Assembly: GCA_003568945.1 (NCBI GenBank)
Contig: BDIP01000020.1
Location: 1-45,653, forward strand
Reading direction: 5' to 3'
Source of the DNA: Kipferlia bialata
Taxonomy: Eukaryota
Length of the DNA stretch: 45,653 bases
In this document: piece after piece, positions 23,939 through 35,300 of the stretch
Position numbering within the stretch: position 1 is the first letter of the stretch
Layout: each line of letters begins with the position of its first letter
The notes under the pieces: generated by a model
Seen by the model: the letters and a program-made list of their open reading frames with translations, nothing else
Databases searched by the model: none
What the model was told of the DNA's origin: nothing
Program-made: the position numbers and the translations under genes

Positions 23939-26210
23939 TTTCCCCCCTCTCTCCTCACTCTCACCCTTAGGACAAGTCTGGGCTGACCTCCATCCCCATC
24001 TTCTCGTCTGAGACCAATGTGCGCATGCTCAACCTCCAGGGCAACAGGGTGCAGATTGTACAGAACCTGGACCACCTGCCCAACCTCATCTTCCTCGACC
24101 TCTACAACAACCACCTCTCCTCCTGTGGGGGCATCGACACACAGGCACCCAGGCTCCAGATACTGCTGCTGGGCCGCAACCAGCTGACTGATCTGCACGG
24201 GGTGGAGGGACTGGTGGACCTCGACATCCTGGACGCCCACTCTAATCGGATAGCACACGTCAGACCCGAGGGGCTGCCTCTCTCCCGCCTCTCCCATCTA
24301 CGTATCCTCAACCTGTCCGACAACGCATTAGGGGTGATCCCTGCGGCTGTGGCGGCTCTCCCAGCCCTGGCAGAGCTGAACCTGAGGCGCAACAAGATCA
24401 CCCACACAGAGGGGCGGGCCCTCACTGGGTGTCCCTCCCTGGCCCGGCTCTTCCTGTCCTCCAACCAGATCTCATCCCTCGACGACGTGGCACCCGTCTT
24501 CCGCCTCCCCGCTCTCACCGAGCTGTCTCTCTCTGGCAACCCTGTGGCCGAGGACCCTGGGTATGTGGACGACATCCAGCAGCGCACCAAGAGCAGCCGG
24601 GCCTTTGCCTTGGTAGGGGATGCCAAGAAGACCCGGGCCAGGCCCTCCTCTGCCAGACCCACGAGGGAGAGAGAGAGGGTGGACTCGGGGCAGGGGGAGA
24701 GGCGCACCCGGCCCATGTCTGCCAGGCACCCCGGGGGGCAGAGGGATAGGGGGGACAGGGAGGCACTCACCCCAAGGCGGAAGTCTGCCCCAGAGCCAGT
24801 GGCAGGCCCCACCGACATAGCATACCCCGTCACTGCACCCTCTAGGCAGTACTGGAGAGACATCGAGAGGGGGGGCAGCACGGGTGTGGCCGAGGAGGGG
24901 TCCAAGTACGTCGTGTACTCCCCCTTTGCCGAGGTCAGGCTGTGCTCTGCGGGTAGGACCAGCCTGGCTAGACCCCTATCAGTCAAGGCAGGCACCTCCG
25001 TCGAGAGGTCTCTCTCTGAGTGTAAGCACCAGCCCTTTTTCGACTTTGCCATTTATGGCCCCGTGTCCCTGGCCTGCCTCCCCTCCCTTGCCTCCTCCCT
25101 CACCCCATTCGTGGCATCACTCCTCTTAGGTCGGTCTGGCCCAGGGATCCCGGCAGCCAGGCTGTCATCGTCAGGTATCCACTCTTTGTCGATGTATACT
25201 ATACTTGTACATTATTTGTTGCACGTAGTCACCCTAACGCAGGTGCTGTCCTGCTGTCCGGCCCTGTGCAGGACATGCCCTATCACTACCCCCCTGCTGC
25301 GCCTGCCAAGAGAGAGACCTCTGCCCCTGTGAGGAGGGAGTCCTCTGTCCCCCACCCCCCCTCTGACTCCTCCTCTTCCTCTGAGTCATCCTCCTCCTCA
25401 GACTCATCGGACTCCAGTGACGCAGAGGGGTCGTCATCGGATGATGCACACGAGGACCAGGAGGCGGAGGCCCCTGTGTCAGAGACACCCTCCCAGGCCA
25501 AGGCGAGACGGCCCTTGCTAGTACCCAAGCAGGAGGGGGTCGACACCAGTGGCCTGTTCACTCAGACCCACACGGTCACAGCCCTCACGCTAGTCCACGT
25601 GCCGTTGTTCCGCACTGGGGGTCCCCCCTCCAAGCGCACTCCCCCTGGCCTGCCCAGCGACTGTGACCAGGCCCTGTCCTTGGTAGAGGCCACTGGGGTC
25701 AGGTCCCTCAGACGCCTCACCCTCGTGCACTGCAACCTGTGCCACCTGGCAGAGCTGGCTGTGCTGCTAGGCCCCCTCCGCATATCAGAGCTGCTCATCA
25801 GGGACTGCCCCATCCTCTCACTCAAGCTGCTCATACCCTTCATCGCATACAGGTTCCCAAGTATAGAGCGGTTTAATGGGCGCCGGATCACGAGTAAGGA
25901 GAGGTCCACCGCCAAGGTCAGGTTTGGCCCAGTTGCCTCCCTCTTCTCCAAGGTGTCCAGCCAGCAGCGGTACCGTCTCCTCCCCGTCCATCTGAGGAGT
26001 GCCGTGTCTCCTGGCCAGCCCACAGGGCAGTACGCCGGACTCCCCCCCTCGAGGTCAGGGTCCAATGTGGATGCACCGGTCAGGGCCATGCTGGATGGGT
26101 GTGTGGTGGGGGACATACGCACACGCATCATTGACAGCGAGATCAGTGACGCGCTCAAGACGTATGAGACGGCAGGCGACCAGGATTCCGCCGATCTCCT
26201 CAGAGTGTGA
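23647..26210 (+). CDS. LRRC49: Leucine-rich repeat-containing protein 49 homolog (tubulin polyglutamylase complex / centriolar satellite); first exons approximate
   Basis: DKSGLTSIPIFSSETNVRMLNLQGNRVQIVQNLDHLPNLIFLDLYNN...LQILLLGRN...LDILDAHSN...LAELNLRRN...LARLFLSSN...LTELSLSGNPVA; intron 25174-25242 joins the two ORFs; C-terminal IAYRFPSIERFNGRRITSKERSTAKVRFG fits the LRRC49 C-terminal block. Confidence 0.8.
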
Positions 26211-26393
26211 TACACTGGCTGCTTCAGTGTGTTTGTACAATTTCTATAGTGTTGTTGGGTGTAGTGTAGTTGGGTATTCCCATTGTGTTGGAGCCTCATT
26301 CTTTACGCGATCTATTTGAACATGTGATAATAAAGAGGCAATGCGTCAGCACTGAGTGTGTGAGTCCCTAGCTATATAGTTACTGCATGAGAG

Positions 26394-29300
26394 TCACTCG
26401 ATGTCACCGAACAGCAGCTGCTGGGCCCCCATCCGGGCAGACCCTGCGTTGAGTAGCAGGATATCCTCGTAGTCGCAGAGGAAGGCGTCTACCCTGGCCA
26501 CCAGGGTGGATAGGATGGTGGGGCAGGAGACAGAGAGCTGGGGGTGGAAGGCCTCAGTGATAGAGGCAACCACACCGCCGACAAACTCAGCAGTCTCTAG
26601 GGAGAGCACCTCCTCCATGAGAATCAGCAGGGGCTCCACCAGCTCCAGAGAGAGGTAGCGCAGGGCGGAGGAGAGAGAGGGGGCTGGGATGGCGTCTCTG
26701 AGGACGTGCAGGGTGTACTGAGCTGGGGACCGACCCAAGAGCATAGGGTTGGACCCAGCCTCGCCGTTGCCCAGCTTCTCCTGCCAGGCCATGTGCACTG
26801 CATCTCTGAGAGTGTCACCCACATCCCTGACATGTACAGTGTCTAGGGAACCAACGCCTCCTCTGGTGGCGCCCTCTCTGATCTCAGCAATCTGGTCCCA
26901 CCCTCCCCCTTGCCGCTCACCGGCAGCGAGGGCGGCGTCCACCTGCCTCCTCTCCTCGTCAGCTAGGAAGGTGGCCTCATCTGTCTGGAAGTACACACGG
27001 ATGTCACGGCCCTGGCCAGCTGCCACGACAGCCCTCTTGGCACCTGCCAGACAGGACAGGGGAGCGGGGGTGGAGAGGGTCTGCACCCTGGCCCAGGTGT
27101 CGGCATCCCAGAACACAACCTGGCGTCAGGGTATATATACATATGCATCAGCTGTATATGTATTCACTGTGTATATGTGTACCCATATGTGTACCCACCT
27201 GTCCGTCCTGTCCACATGTCATGACGTGGTGGGTGTCCCTCACAAAGTGCACTCCAGTGACTGGGCCGTCATGGCCACGCATGGCCCTAAAGGTAAGAAA
27301 GAGAGGTGGGAGTACAATGAGTCACCAACATATGTAGTGTATATACAGCTGCTACCCTACCTGTGACAGTCTCCAAATGCCCCACCCCAGATACGCAGTG
27401 TCTTATCAGCAGAGCCAGTGGCCACAAGCTCCCCATCTGCTGACACACTAATGTCCCTAACTGGAAGGTGGTGTCCGTACAGAGTGAAGACTGGCTTGAG
27501 GGTGTCGCTGTGGACCACCCTCACTGAGGAGTCAAGCAGGGCGGCGTAGATCCTAGCGCCATGCATGCACACACATGACACGGCATCCCCCATATCGGCA
27601 CTCCTGTCCAGGAGCAGTCCCAGCCTGGGTCCCCCTGTTTCCTGCTCTGCCTCCTCAGACTCATCCTCAGAGTCACTGTGCTCAGACTCAGACAGCATGT
27701 CGCCCTCCACCATCTCCAGCCTCCATACTCTGATCATGTGGTCGCTGCCCACACTCACAACCTCTCCGTCACCCAGGGCAAGGCCTGTGACACTGCCCTT
27801 GTGGCCCCTCAGTCTCTCGCACACCCTGCCGTTCACCATATCAACCACCTCCAGCACACCACCAGCAGTGCCAATCACACAGTGCGTGTTACCAGGCAGC
27901 AGCACTGCGCACCTGGGCTTAGATGACACACATGTCACAGTGGCAATGGGTCTGGACGTGGTGGACCTGTGCAGCAGGGCACGGCCTGGGGACACAGTCA
28001 GCACCACATCTGCCTGTGCAGAGATGTCTAGGCATGTGATGCTCTCCCTGTGGCCTGGGCCTGCCAGGGCATAGCGGTTCTCCTTCTCCACAGTCTCCCC
28101 CTCCTCCTCCCCGCCTGTCTCCCTCACCCTGTGGAGTATGGCAGAGTTGTTGGCCAGGGACACCAGCACATCTGTCCCCCTAGGGTCTGCCCTGGTGACC
28201 CTGGCCTTGTGCAGCCAGGACTGGCCCCTCATGGCAACCACATCAGTACCTAGGAAGGGGACAGCCACAGCCACGTCCTCGTCTCCTGCTGCCTTCCTCT
28301 CCTTCTTCTCCCTCCTCTTGGTGCGCCTCTTGTGCTGCTTCATCGCAGAGGCCATGTTCCTGACAGTGCCCGATATGCACCTCCTCTTGCCCCACACAGC
28401 CACCTTGGCCACGTTGTCAGACAGAGAGAGAGAGGTCACCATGGATACGTCCTTGCCCTCCTTGGGGGCACCCGACGCACCCACAGCGGGGCCTGCACTC
28501 ACGCCAGACACAGGGAAGGGGATGTCCACAGTGCCGATGAGGTACAGGCACTGGGAGACAGAGGGGGCTGCCAGGTCAGCAGCCAGCTCTGTACCGTCCA
28601 CTGAGGCAGTCTCAGTCTCAGCAGGTACCACCTCAGCCGACACGTCTCCCTGGAGGGGTGCCCCAGACAGAAGCACTGTCTCTGCTGTGCCGTATAGCCT
28701 GAGCACGGCCTCCCCCTTGACAGCCACAAGCACAAGGCTGGTGAAGGTGCCAGCGATGATGCCACCCTTCAGTATCTGACCAAGGGCCACCCTCTCGGCA
28801 TCCCCCAGGTCTCTCTCCTTGGCCCTCTCTGCCAGCCTCCTGACCACAGCCGCACTCCACTCATTCTCTACTGCTGCCACTCCCACAATCACATCGTTGA
28901 GGGCAGAGGACTGGATGCAGGTCTGGGTGGTGAGGTCAAACACACGCAGCACCTTGTCACCTCCTCCACTCACAATGCACTGGCGGCCCTTGCTGCGCAC
29001 CAGGGCACTAGCGTTGACTGGAGCCGAGTGTGCCCTGACCCTGATCAAGGCAGACATGGTGAGGGTGTCCCACAGCACAGAGGTAGTGTCGGCAGAGGAG
29101 GACACAAGACGGTCCCCGTTGAAGGCCAGGTGGGTGATGCACGACGTGTGTGCGTGGAGGGTGGCCTCTATGCTTGGGAACTGATCCTCTGAGGTCAGGC
29201 TGAACAGCTTGATACATCCATCGTGGAACCCAAGGGCAGCCACGCCTGTCGCAGCGTGGAAGGCCACGGCAGTCACCTCCTGCATCTCTGTGTTCTCCAT

Positions 29301-29459
29301 CCGCTTGACCAGCTGGCCCTGCCTCATGTTCCACATCTGACCCATCTCCCAGGCTGCACACACTGCAGTGTTGTTGGTGGGGCCCATCACAGCACCGGCC
29401 CCACTGCACACCATCCCAAGGACCGTCTCAGGTTCCCATTTCAGATAGGAACGTGGCAT
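26394..29459 (-). CDS. WDR3: WD-repeat SSU processome subunit Utp12/Dip2
   Basis: Starts MPRSYLKWEPETVLGMVCS; signature FTLYGHHLPVRDISVSADGELVATGSADKTLRIWGGAFGDCHR/AMRGHDGPVTGVHF...TCGQDGQ/VVFWDAD; two introns near 27121-27198 and 27290-27360; helical C-terminal Utp12-like domain. Confidence 0.92.
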
Positions 29460-29648
29460 GCAACAGCAAACTACTACTGGGGACCTAGACTGCTGTCGCT
29501 ATTGCAAAGGAAGATATGTACCTGGTTGCTCGGTTGAAAACCCTTTTGGGATTTTTGATTTCTCAGAAGGCTGGTTGAGCCGCAAAATGACTCTTCACTG
29601 CAATGAGTCTTGCAAGAAAGATACATGCGTCCTTCTTAGAGTCACGAC

Positions 29649-31919
29649 ATGCTTAAGCTGGATATCAGAACCCCAGGGATGGGGGAGACGGTCTCCTGGG
29701 TGCTGACTGCCACTGTATCTGTGTCTGCTGCGCTGTCCTCACTGCTGATATCCCCTCTTGGGAGAATAGTCGTAAACCTCCCCTGTTTCGAGGCATCACT
29801 TGCTGTGTATGTCTTGATCCAGGTCCTCTATCAGCGGAAGCATTACAACGCCTGTGTGGGACGGCAGTCTATGTTCCCATCAGTAACAGGACTCGCAGTC
29901 ACTGCAACTAAGTGTCCCATTCCAGTTGATGGCGGTGTAGTCGACACTGAGTATCACACATTCCAGCATCCTGTGGACCCTGCCCTGGTTGAGCTTGAGC
30001 ACTCTCTCCACCGTGTGCAGAGTGTGTTCCAGGATGCACAGCGCATGGCCATCATGGCATCCAGACAGCTGATGTCCCCGGCCTCCCCTTTGAGACAGCC
30101 TTCTGGGGCAGAGTCTGATGCCATTACTCAAGCAGTCAGTCCTACCAGTCGTGGTGTCCACACACCTGGTAGTGAGCTGGGCAGTCTGGTGGTTGTCGAT
30201 GGATGCACTTCGAGTCAGGTGTCTGCCCTCACCGACGCTCTCTCCTGCCGAGACATACCCCACCAGGTAGAGGATGTGTGTGGTGAGCGGTGTGTGGTGG
30301 CTGCATGTGCTCCAGATGCGATGCGTGTGTGTGCTGTGTGTCTGCTGTCCCACCCTGACCCAGATGCCTCTGCACACATGCTTGACCTCTCCAGCAGCCA
30401 CGGGCCCCTACCCCTCTTCGTCGCACCCCACCCGGCACCCCCTATACCCTCAGCCGAGATGCGCCGTGTGATGGGGCCCCTTCGTCCTGTCCTCAGGAGA
30501 TGGCTGCCGTGGCTGCTGCACCAGGGCCGTCTTGTGTGTGGGTGTCTGCCAGAGGGTGGAGAGCCTAGTCTGCTTGTGGGACCATCTGTCAGAGGGGTGC
30601 AAGTCACACGTGCCCCAGAGGAGTTTGGGGATGAGGGTACCTCTCCCCCTCTGCTCTTCTCCCTGCAGAAGTGTGACCCTGTTATGCCCATCCTCACCCC
30701 TCTGAAGGACTCCTCTGGTGAGTCAGTGGACAGCTCCCTCTCCCTTGGAAATCAGACCCCTGTCAGACCACTGCTGCCGCTCCCCTCCAGGGTCAGCACC
30801 ACCCTTGTCGTCCATGCCCTGTCGATATCAGGCACAGACATCAGACCGGTGCCCCAGAGGGAGTCTCCCATGCCCAGTCTGCAGCGCATGCCGTGTCGGT
30901 GGGCGTACCCTGACAGCACTGTGTTCCACCCCTTGCTCTCCCATGTGTCTGACAGTGGGGTGTCACAGGGTGAGCCCCTCCCCAGCCTGCTCCACATACA
31001 GTCTGGTGCATGTGCAGACACCCCCACCTCGCCTGTCAGTTACACCGAGGACGTGTCTCCCCACGTGGCAGAGCTATGCGTCTCCACCCAGATCCAGGAC
31101 GCCCCCTCCTCCACACACGGCCTCACCTACCGTCTGTACCTCCACTCCCTTGTACTCGACCAAGGCGATGTCTCTGTCTCTCTGTGTGTGGGGGATGTGT
31201 CGGTGATGCGTCTGAGTGTGTCTACCGGGGTATGCACTATGGTCACAAGGGCAGGGCCCCTCTCCATCAGTGTCGGGGACCTGTCTGCCCATGACGAGGT
31301 GTGCATGACCCTTTATGACACCCTCAGGGTAGGGGAGCAGGTGCTCTCAATAGCCGTGGGGTCAGTGGGGTATGGGTGTTACCCTCTGACAGTGGGAGAG
31401 AGACCCGTGTCGCTCTTTGTGACTGTGACCTCCCCTGAGGCTCCCCAGGGCCCAATGGACGTCGTCATCGATGCATGTGTGGAAGTGGATTCGGCTCTCT
31501 CCCCCCAGCGCTCCACCCTGCGGCGTCTGACCACGGACCCCCTCACCCGCCGCTCCATCTCCTCTGTGATGTCACCAGATGGGTCTGTGTCTCTGTTGGC
31601 CATGCTCGAGGCCTGTCTGGCAGAGCCCCTCTCCGATGTGGCGGCTGGTCTGCTGCTGGGCCTGGTCAGAATGGTGGTTCCTGCCTCTGTCGCCTGTGAC
31701 ATGGCCTTGTCACACGTCCAGTGGGCCCTGCTGGTGGAAGGATGGGTGGGGGGACTAGGCCTCGGGGTGTTCTGGTCCCGCACCCCTGTCGGTGCATCTC
31801 TCTTCCACTATCTAGAGGAATATGGGGCAGAGGGGCCTATGCCCCCAGAGATGACAGCAGGGCTGGAGTCTGCTGTGGAAAGTGCATATGACTCTATCAA
31901 TACTGTTCTCAGACGGTAG
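29649..31919 (+). CDS. Hypothetical protein, about 756 aa, apparently intronless
   Basis: 2.27-kb open frame with codon usage like neighbouring genes; no family recognised; start codon uncertain. Confidence 0.7.
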   Translation: MLKLDIRTPGMGETVSWVLTATVSVSAALSSLLISPLGRIVVNLPCFEASLAVYVLIQVLYQRKHYNACVGRQSMFPSVTGLAVTATKCPIPVDGGVVDTEYHTFQHPVDPALVELEHSLHRVQSVFQDAQRMAIMASRQLMSPASPLRQPSGAESDAITQAVSPTSRGVHTPGSELGSLVVVDGCTSSQVSALTDALSCRDIPHQVEDVCGERCVVAACAPDAMRVCAVCLLSHPDPDASAHMLDLSSSHGPLPLFVAPHPAPPIPSAEMRRVMGPLRPVLRRWLPWLLHQGRLVCGCLPEGGEPSLLVGPSVRGVQVTRAPEEFGDEGTSPPLLFSLQKCDPVMPILTPLKDSSGESVDSSLSLGNQTPVRPLLPLPSRVSTTLVVHALSISGTDIRPVPQRESPMPSLQRMPCRWAYPDSTVFHPLLSHVSDSGVSQGEPLPSLLHIQSGACADTPTSPVSYTEDVSPHVAELCVSTQIQDAPSSTHGLTYRLYLHSLVLDQGDVSVSLCVGDVSVMRLSVSTGVCTMVTRAGPLSISVGDLSAHDEVCMTLYDTLRVGEQVLSIAVGSVGYGCYPLTVGERPVSLFVTVTSPEAPQGPMDVVIDACVEVDSALSPQRSTLRRLTTDPLTRRSISSVMSPDGSVSLLAMLEACLAEPLSDVAAGLLLGLVRMVVPASVACDMALSHVQWALLVEGWVGGLGLGVFWSRTPVGASLFHYLEEYGAEGPMPPEMTAGLESAVESAYDSINTVLRR

Positions 31920-32314
31920 TAAGGTGTTTGGTCAGGTTCTGTCTGTCGCTCTTGTTTTCTGAGAATTGTGATAAGTAACTCTGAATAGATGGCACAATAT
32001 CCGTCGAGGTCGATGGTTGTGTACAGTACGTTATCCTGCTTGGGGTATCCATGGCGACCAAGAATATGGCTACAAGTATATGGCTTTGAGTCATTGTTAT
32101 GGGCAGAGAGACTCAGATGTGACATGCGCTACACCCCTTTGAACTTTTGGAAACAAAAACAGAGCATCACCAAATCGAGCCCCAGCCTGACGCTTTAAGC
32201 AGCGATTACCTGTTTCTCACACGTCGTGGGAACAGGCCACGCACTGTGTTTCAGGAATAGTGGAAATAGGGACTCTTAGGCCGTTTTAGTTGCGGGCGGC
32301 AGCTCCTAAGTGAG

Positions 32315-35300
32315 ATGCCATCTGACAGTGGTCCTCAGAAGCACAGCATCGTCCTATCATTCTTTGACGCCTCTGAGAAGAGATATAAGAATGTTGGACG
32401 TGGCTTTGTCTCCGTAGCAAGGTATGTGTTGGTCTCTTTCCTTCGGTTTGACTGTCATTGTTGTTACTCTCGTTCCTCCCGAGTCTCTAGTCATTCGGTG
32501 TGGTGTGCCGTTGCTTTGTAGCCAGTTCGCACTGTTGCTTGGATAAGTATGGGAGTTCCTCTAACGTGCAGGATCAGTGATTCTGCGCCACGGCACGCAT
32601 TCGTTATATACGTCCCCCAGAGAGGTGCTGAGGTAAGAACCGGTTTAGGTGTTATCTGTCCTTTTTACTGTCTCAGTTCTTGCTCTGTGCTCACCCTAGG
32701 CTCCCAGGCGCATTGTGTCTGACCCTGTGACGTCCAAGTTCAACCTGACCCAGCAAGGGACGGGTCTGTACTACGCCTTCAGAGACAGCCAGGGCCATGC
32801 CTGGAGCATCAACTTTGTGCAGGAGTCCTCCTGTCGGGCTGTGCTTGCCGCAGTTGCCGCTGCTCAGGAGGAGGACAAGCGGAAGCCCAGTCGCGACAAG
32901 TACAAGGTGCTGTTTGACGAGCTGGGGTCTGGGAAGGTGTGCGAGGAGGGAGACAAGGCAGGTGTCACGTACACTGTCTATGCCCCATCCGTCCAGCCAT
33001 CAGACGTTCTGCACGGAGTGATCCCCGAGGACTCTGCGGTGCTCTACTGCAAGACGAGGCACCATGTGTTCCACGTGTCCTCCACCCCTGCCTCTGCCGC
33101 CTTCGAGGGTCTGGACTGTGCCACCCTAGGCATGACAAAGGGCGGCAGGAGGGTGGTGTGGTGCCCGGCATCCGACCTGGCCTGCTCGTCCTTCCCCCAG
33201 CCCCCCTGCGGGTGTGTGATGGAGGTGTCTCTGGGCAAGCTGAAGAAGGCAGACAAGCCAGAGCCCGTCCCAGAGCCAGAGCCCGAGCCGGAGCCCTCAG
33301 TACCCGAGGTGCAGGAGGTAGAGGAGCCTGTGGTGGAGGAGGCTGCCCCAGTGGCTGTGGCTGCCCCCCAGCAGGTGTCGCCTGGGTACCCCGGGTACCC
33401 CACTGGACCCCAGGGTGACAGCACTGGTATGCTTGCCCAGATGGCCATGCTCACCAACCAGCAAATGCTGCTGGCCCAGGAGAGGAACAGGCCCACGGAC
33501 TCATACAGGGAGGCAGGGAGGCCAGAGGAGAGAGGCAGGGACAGGGAGTACGAGCGCCAGAGGGAGAGGGAGAGAGAGCAGGTGCACGAGCTGCTGCGCC
33601 TCTCTGCCTCCCAGCCTGGCCTGATTGACGATGAGGGCAAGGCCCAGCTGTTGTCCATAGCCATGCACGGCACAGGCCACACGGTGGCAGGGGTCCTGGC
33701 CGCCATGGCATCCAGGAGGATGGCATCCCCCGCCCCCCCCACCACACCCACCCCCGCCCCCGCCGCTGCCCCTACCCCTGCCCCTGAGGCCCAGGTGCCC
33801 GAGGCCAAGGCAGAGACAGAGGAGGCGGTGGAGAGAGAGACACGCGAGGAGAGAGAGGCCAGGGAGACTCGCATGTGTGAGCTGGAGTCCAAGGTTGCTG
33901 ACCTTCACGCCATGTTCAACCTGCCAGGTGCCCTGCCAGACCCCGAGACGGGCATGCCCTCTGCCGAGACCAAGAAGCTGATCGACACTGGCAGCAGGCT
34001 GGTGCTATCTGTGCAGTATCTGGTGACTGATGCTGACAGGCAGAGGCGGGTGGCCAGGGACGCCCAGACCGCCATGGATGGGCTCAAGGAGCAGCTGAAC
34101 GTGGTGACTGAGCAGGGAAGGTGTGCCCTGGAGGAGGAGAAGCAGCAGCACACCGAGGACGTGGCCACCCTCTCCGACCGCCTGGAGAAGGACCTTGTCC
34201 ACAGGGCCCAGCTCTCTGATGACCTCGAGTCTGCCCGCACCGACCTGCGCAGGATGAGTGGAAGACTCGAGGCCTCCCACGCTGAGAGCATCGAGCTGCA
34301 GTCCCAGCTGAAGAGAGAGAGGGACGGCAGGGAGAGGGAGGGGGAGGACAACAGCCGCCGCATTGCTGGGCTGGAGGGTGCCCTGGCTGAGACCCGTGCC
34401 CAGCACAGGCTGGAGGTGGAGACGTGGCACGCTAAGGAGAGGGAGATGCAGGAGATCATCGACAAGCTGCGGGAGGACCTTGCTGAGCAGGCGTCTGTGT
34501 GCGAGGGTCTGCAGTCTGACGTGAGGGAGAGGGACAGCGTGATTGCCACGATGCGCTCCAACCTGCAGAAGCTGAAGGCCCACGTCCTGAAGCTGAGGCA
34601 GGCCATGAAGCAGCTGTCTGAGGAGAAGGCCAAGGTGGAGGCAGCCCTCACTGCCGTGACTGAGGAGAGAGACACCCTCTCTGCCACCCTGGAGGAGACC
34701 CAGCAGACCCTGGCCACCACACAGGAGGAGAGGGATGCTGGTATCCAGCAGATTGCCGAGATGACTGAGGCTAGGAAGGAGGCTGATGCCTCCCACGCCG
34801 CAGAGGTGGAGGCACTCTCCACAGCCCATGTGGAGGAGACAGCTGCCACTGTGGCAGCCCACGAGGAGAGGGTGCAGACACTGGAGCAGGAGATGGATGC
34901 CCAGAGGCAGAGCCTGACTGCTGAGAGAGAGGCTGTAGAGGCTAAGGCAGCTGAGAGGCTCGCTGCCCTGGAGGCTGAGAGGGTTGCGGATGTGGCTAGG
35001 CTGGAGACAGAGGCAGAGGCCAAGGCCGCCGCTCACCTTGCTGAGAGTGAGGCCACTGCCCAGAGACATGCCGAGGAGACCAGGGTGCTCGAGGAGACCC
35101 ATGCCTCTGTGCTGGAGCAGGAGAGACAGAGTGCGGCCCAGGCACTGACTGAGGCATCACAGGCCGCAGAGAGGCAGAGGCAGGAGGCCGCCTCAGCTCT
35201 GGAGGGGGCTTCTGCCCAGCACGCCTCTGCCCTGGAGGTCCTGACTGCCCAGCACAGAGAGACTCTGACTGCTGCCGAGACCAGCCATGCCGAGCAGATG

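Noticed and set aside
24102..26299. Minus-strand ORFs of 316 and 245 aa
   Set aside because: Shadow frames opposite LRRC49 with no recognisable motifs.
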